From Pristiophorus japonicus (taxonomy: Eukaryota), in contig NC_091986.1 of assembly GCF_044704955.1 (NCBI RefSeq), positions 187,922,001 through 187,986,000 on the forward strand: a stretch of 64,000 nucleotides of DNA. The letters run 5' to 3'. Under the pieces are notes generated by a model that saw only the letters and a program-made list of their open reading frames with translations, did no database searches and was not told where the DNA came from. This document shows, one piece after another, positions 62,912-64,000 of the stretch. Made by a program: the position numbers and the translations under genes. Within the stretch, counting starts at the first letter, position 1. Each line of letters starts with the position of its first letter.

Positions 62912-64000
62912 TAGACCCAATCCACGTCTGGACCAGGGTCAAGCAGGGCTGTGTCATCGCACCAACGCTCTTCTCGATCTTCCTTGCTGCAATGCTTATC
63001 TCACTCTCAACAAGCTCCCCGCTGGAGTGGAATTAAACTATAAAACCAATGGGAACCTGTTCAACCTTCGCCACCTCCAGGCTAGATCCAAGGTCGTCCC
63101 ATCCTCTGTCGTCGAACTACAGTATATGGACGACGCTTGGTTCTGCGCACATTAAGAGGCCGAACTCTAAGCGATCAGCAACACCTTCACCGAGGCGTAC
63201 GAAAGCATGGGCCTTACACGAAACATCCGTAAGACAAAGGTCCTCTACCAACCTGACACTGCCACACAGCACTGTCCCCCCCCCCCCGTCATCAAAATCC
63301 ATGGACAACGTGGACCATTTTCCATACCTTGGGAGCCTACTATCAGCAAGGGCAGACATTGATGATGAGGTCCAACACTGCCTCCAGTGTGCCAGCGCAG
63401 CCTTCGGTCGCCTGAGAAAGAGAGTGTTTGAAGACCAGAATCTCAAATCTGGCACCAAGCTTCAGGGCAGTAGTGATACCTGCCCTCCTATCTGGCTCAG
63501 AGACGTGGACTATATACAGCAGTCATCTCAAAGCACTGAAGAAGTACCACCAGCTCTCCCTCCAAAAGATCCTGCAAATCCACTGGAAGTATAGATGCAC
63601 CAACGTCAATGTTCTCGCTCAGGCCAACATCCCCAGCATTGAAGCATTGACCACGCTTGACCAGCTCTGTTGGGCAGGCCACATCGTCCACATGCCCGAC
63701 ATGAGACTCCCTAAGTAGGCGCTATACTCGGAGCTCCAACAAGGCAAGCGAGCCCCAGGTGGGCAGAGGAAACATTTCAAGGACACCCTCAAAGCCTCCT
63801 TGATAAAGTGCATCATCCCCACTGGCACCTGGGAGTCCCTGGCACAAGACCGCCCAAAGTGGAGGAAGAGCATCCGAGAGGGCACTGAGCACCTTGAGTC
63901 TCGTCGTCAAGAGCATGCAGAAATCAAGCGCGGGCAGCAGAAGGAGCGTGTGGCAAACCAGACTCCCCACCCACCCTTTTCTTCAACCACTGTCTGTCCC

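Larger units (their letters stand above)
57077..64000 (+). mobile_element. Near full-length RTE (BovB-like) LINE, disrupted, with nested insertions
   Basis: EN: GTWNLRTLMDN...PERRTAIVARE...DIATLSETR, SGVGF, SERLMTLRL, VSVYA. After the nest: GADDCWTDH, KHQDWFD, NYRGICLLS...ESQCGFR, VKQGCVIAPTLF, ELQYMDD, DHFPYLGS, WAGHIVHMPD. Confidence 0.92.

Overview
Repeat-dense vertebrate genomic DNA, most likely from a cartilaginous fish (shark). The species inference rests on abundant Deu-domain SacSINE1-like SINEs and CR1 LINEs with (ACATAGAA)n/(ACATAAGA)n tails. I can support only one host coding element: a 183-nt phase-0 internal exon (17552-17734, +) encoding part of the DH domain of an ARHGEF17-like RhoGEF, so the window is essentially two very long introns. 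The rest is degenerate CR1, L2, RTE and Tx1 LINEs, SINEs, solo LTRs, Tigger and hAT elements, often nested 2-3 deep. There is no intact autonomous element. Notable structures: (1) an apparently ORF1-less EN-RT LINE whose 5' end is a tRNA-like Pol III head with two tandem anticodon arms, plus SINEs that look like its internal deletions; (2) about nine GC-rich non-autonomous elements with related GGGN(C/T)NGAAATT-type TIRs and variable 3-bp TSDs (Harbinger-like), several carrying promoter-like motifs; (3) a bipartite RTE-derived SINE with a predicted pseudoknot and an ATG-TAG start-stop, one copy with a 5' inversion. Repeat family names come from recognition, not database searches, and boundaries of degenerate repeats are approximate.
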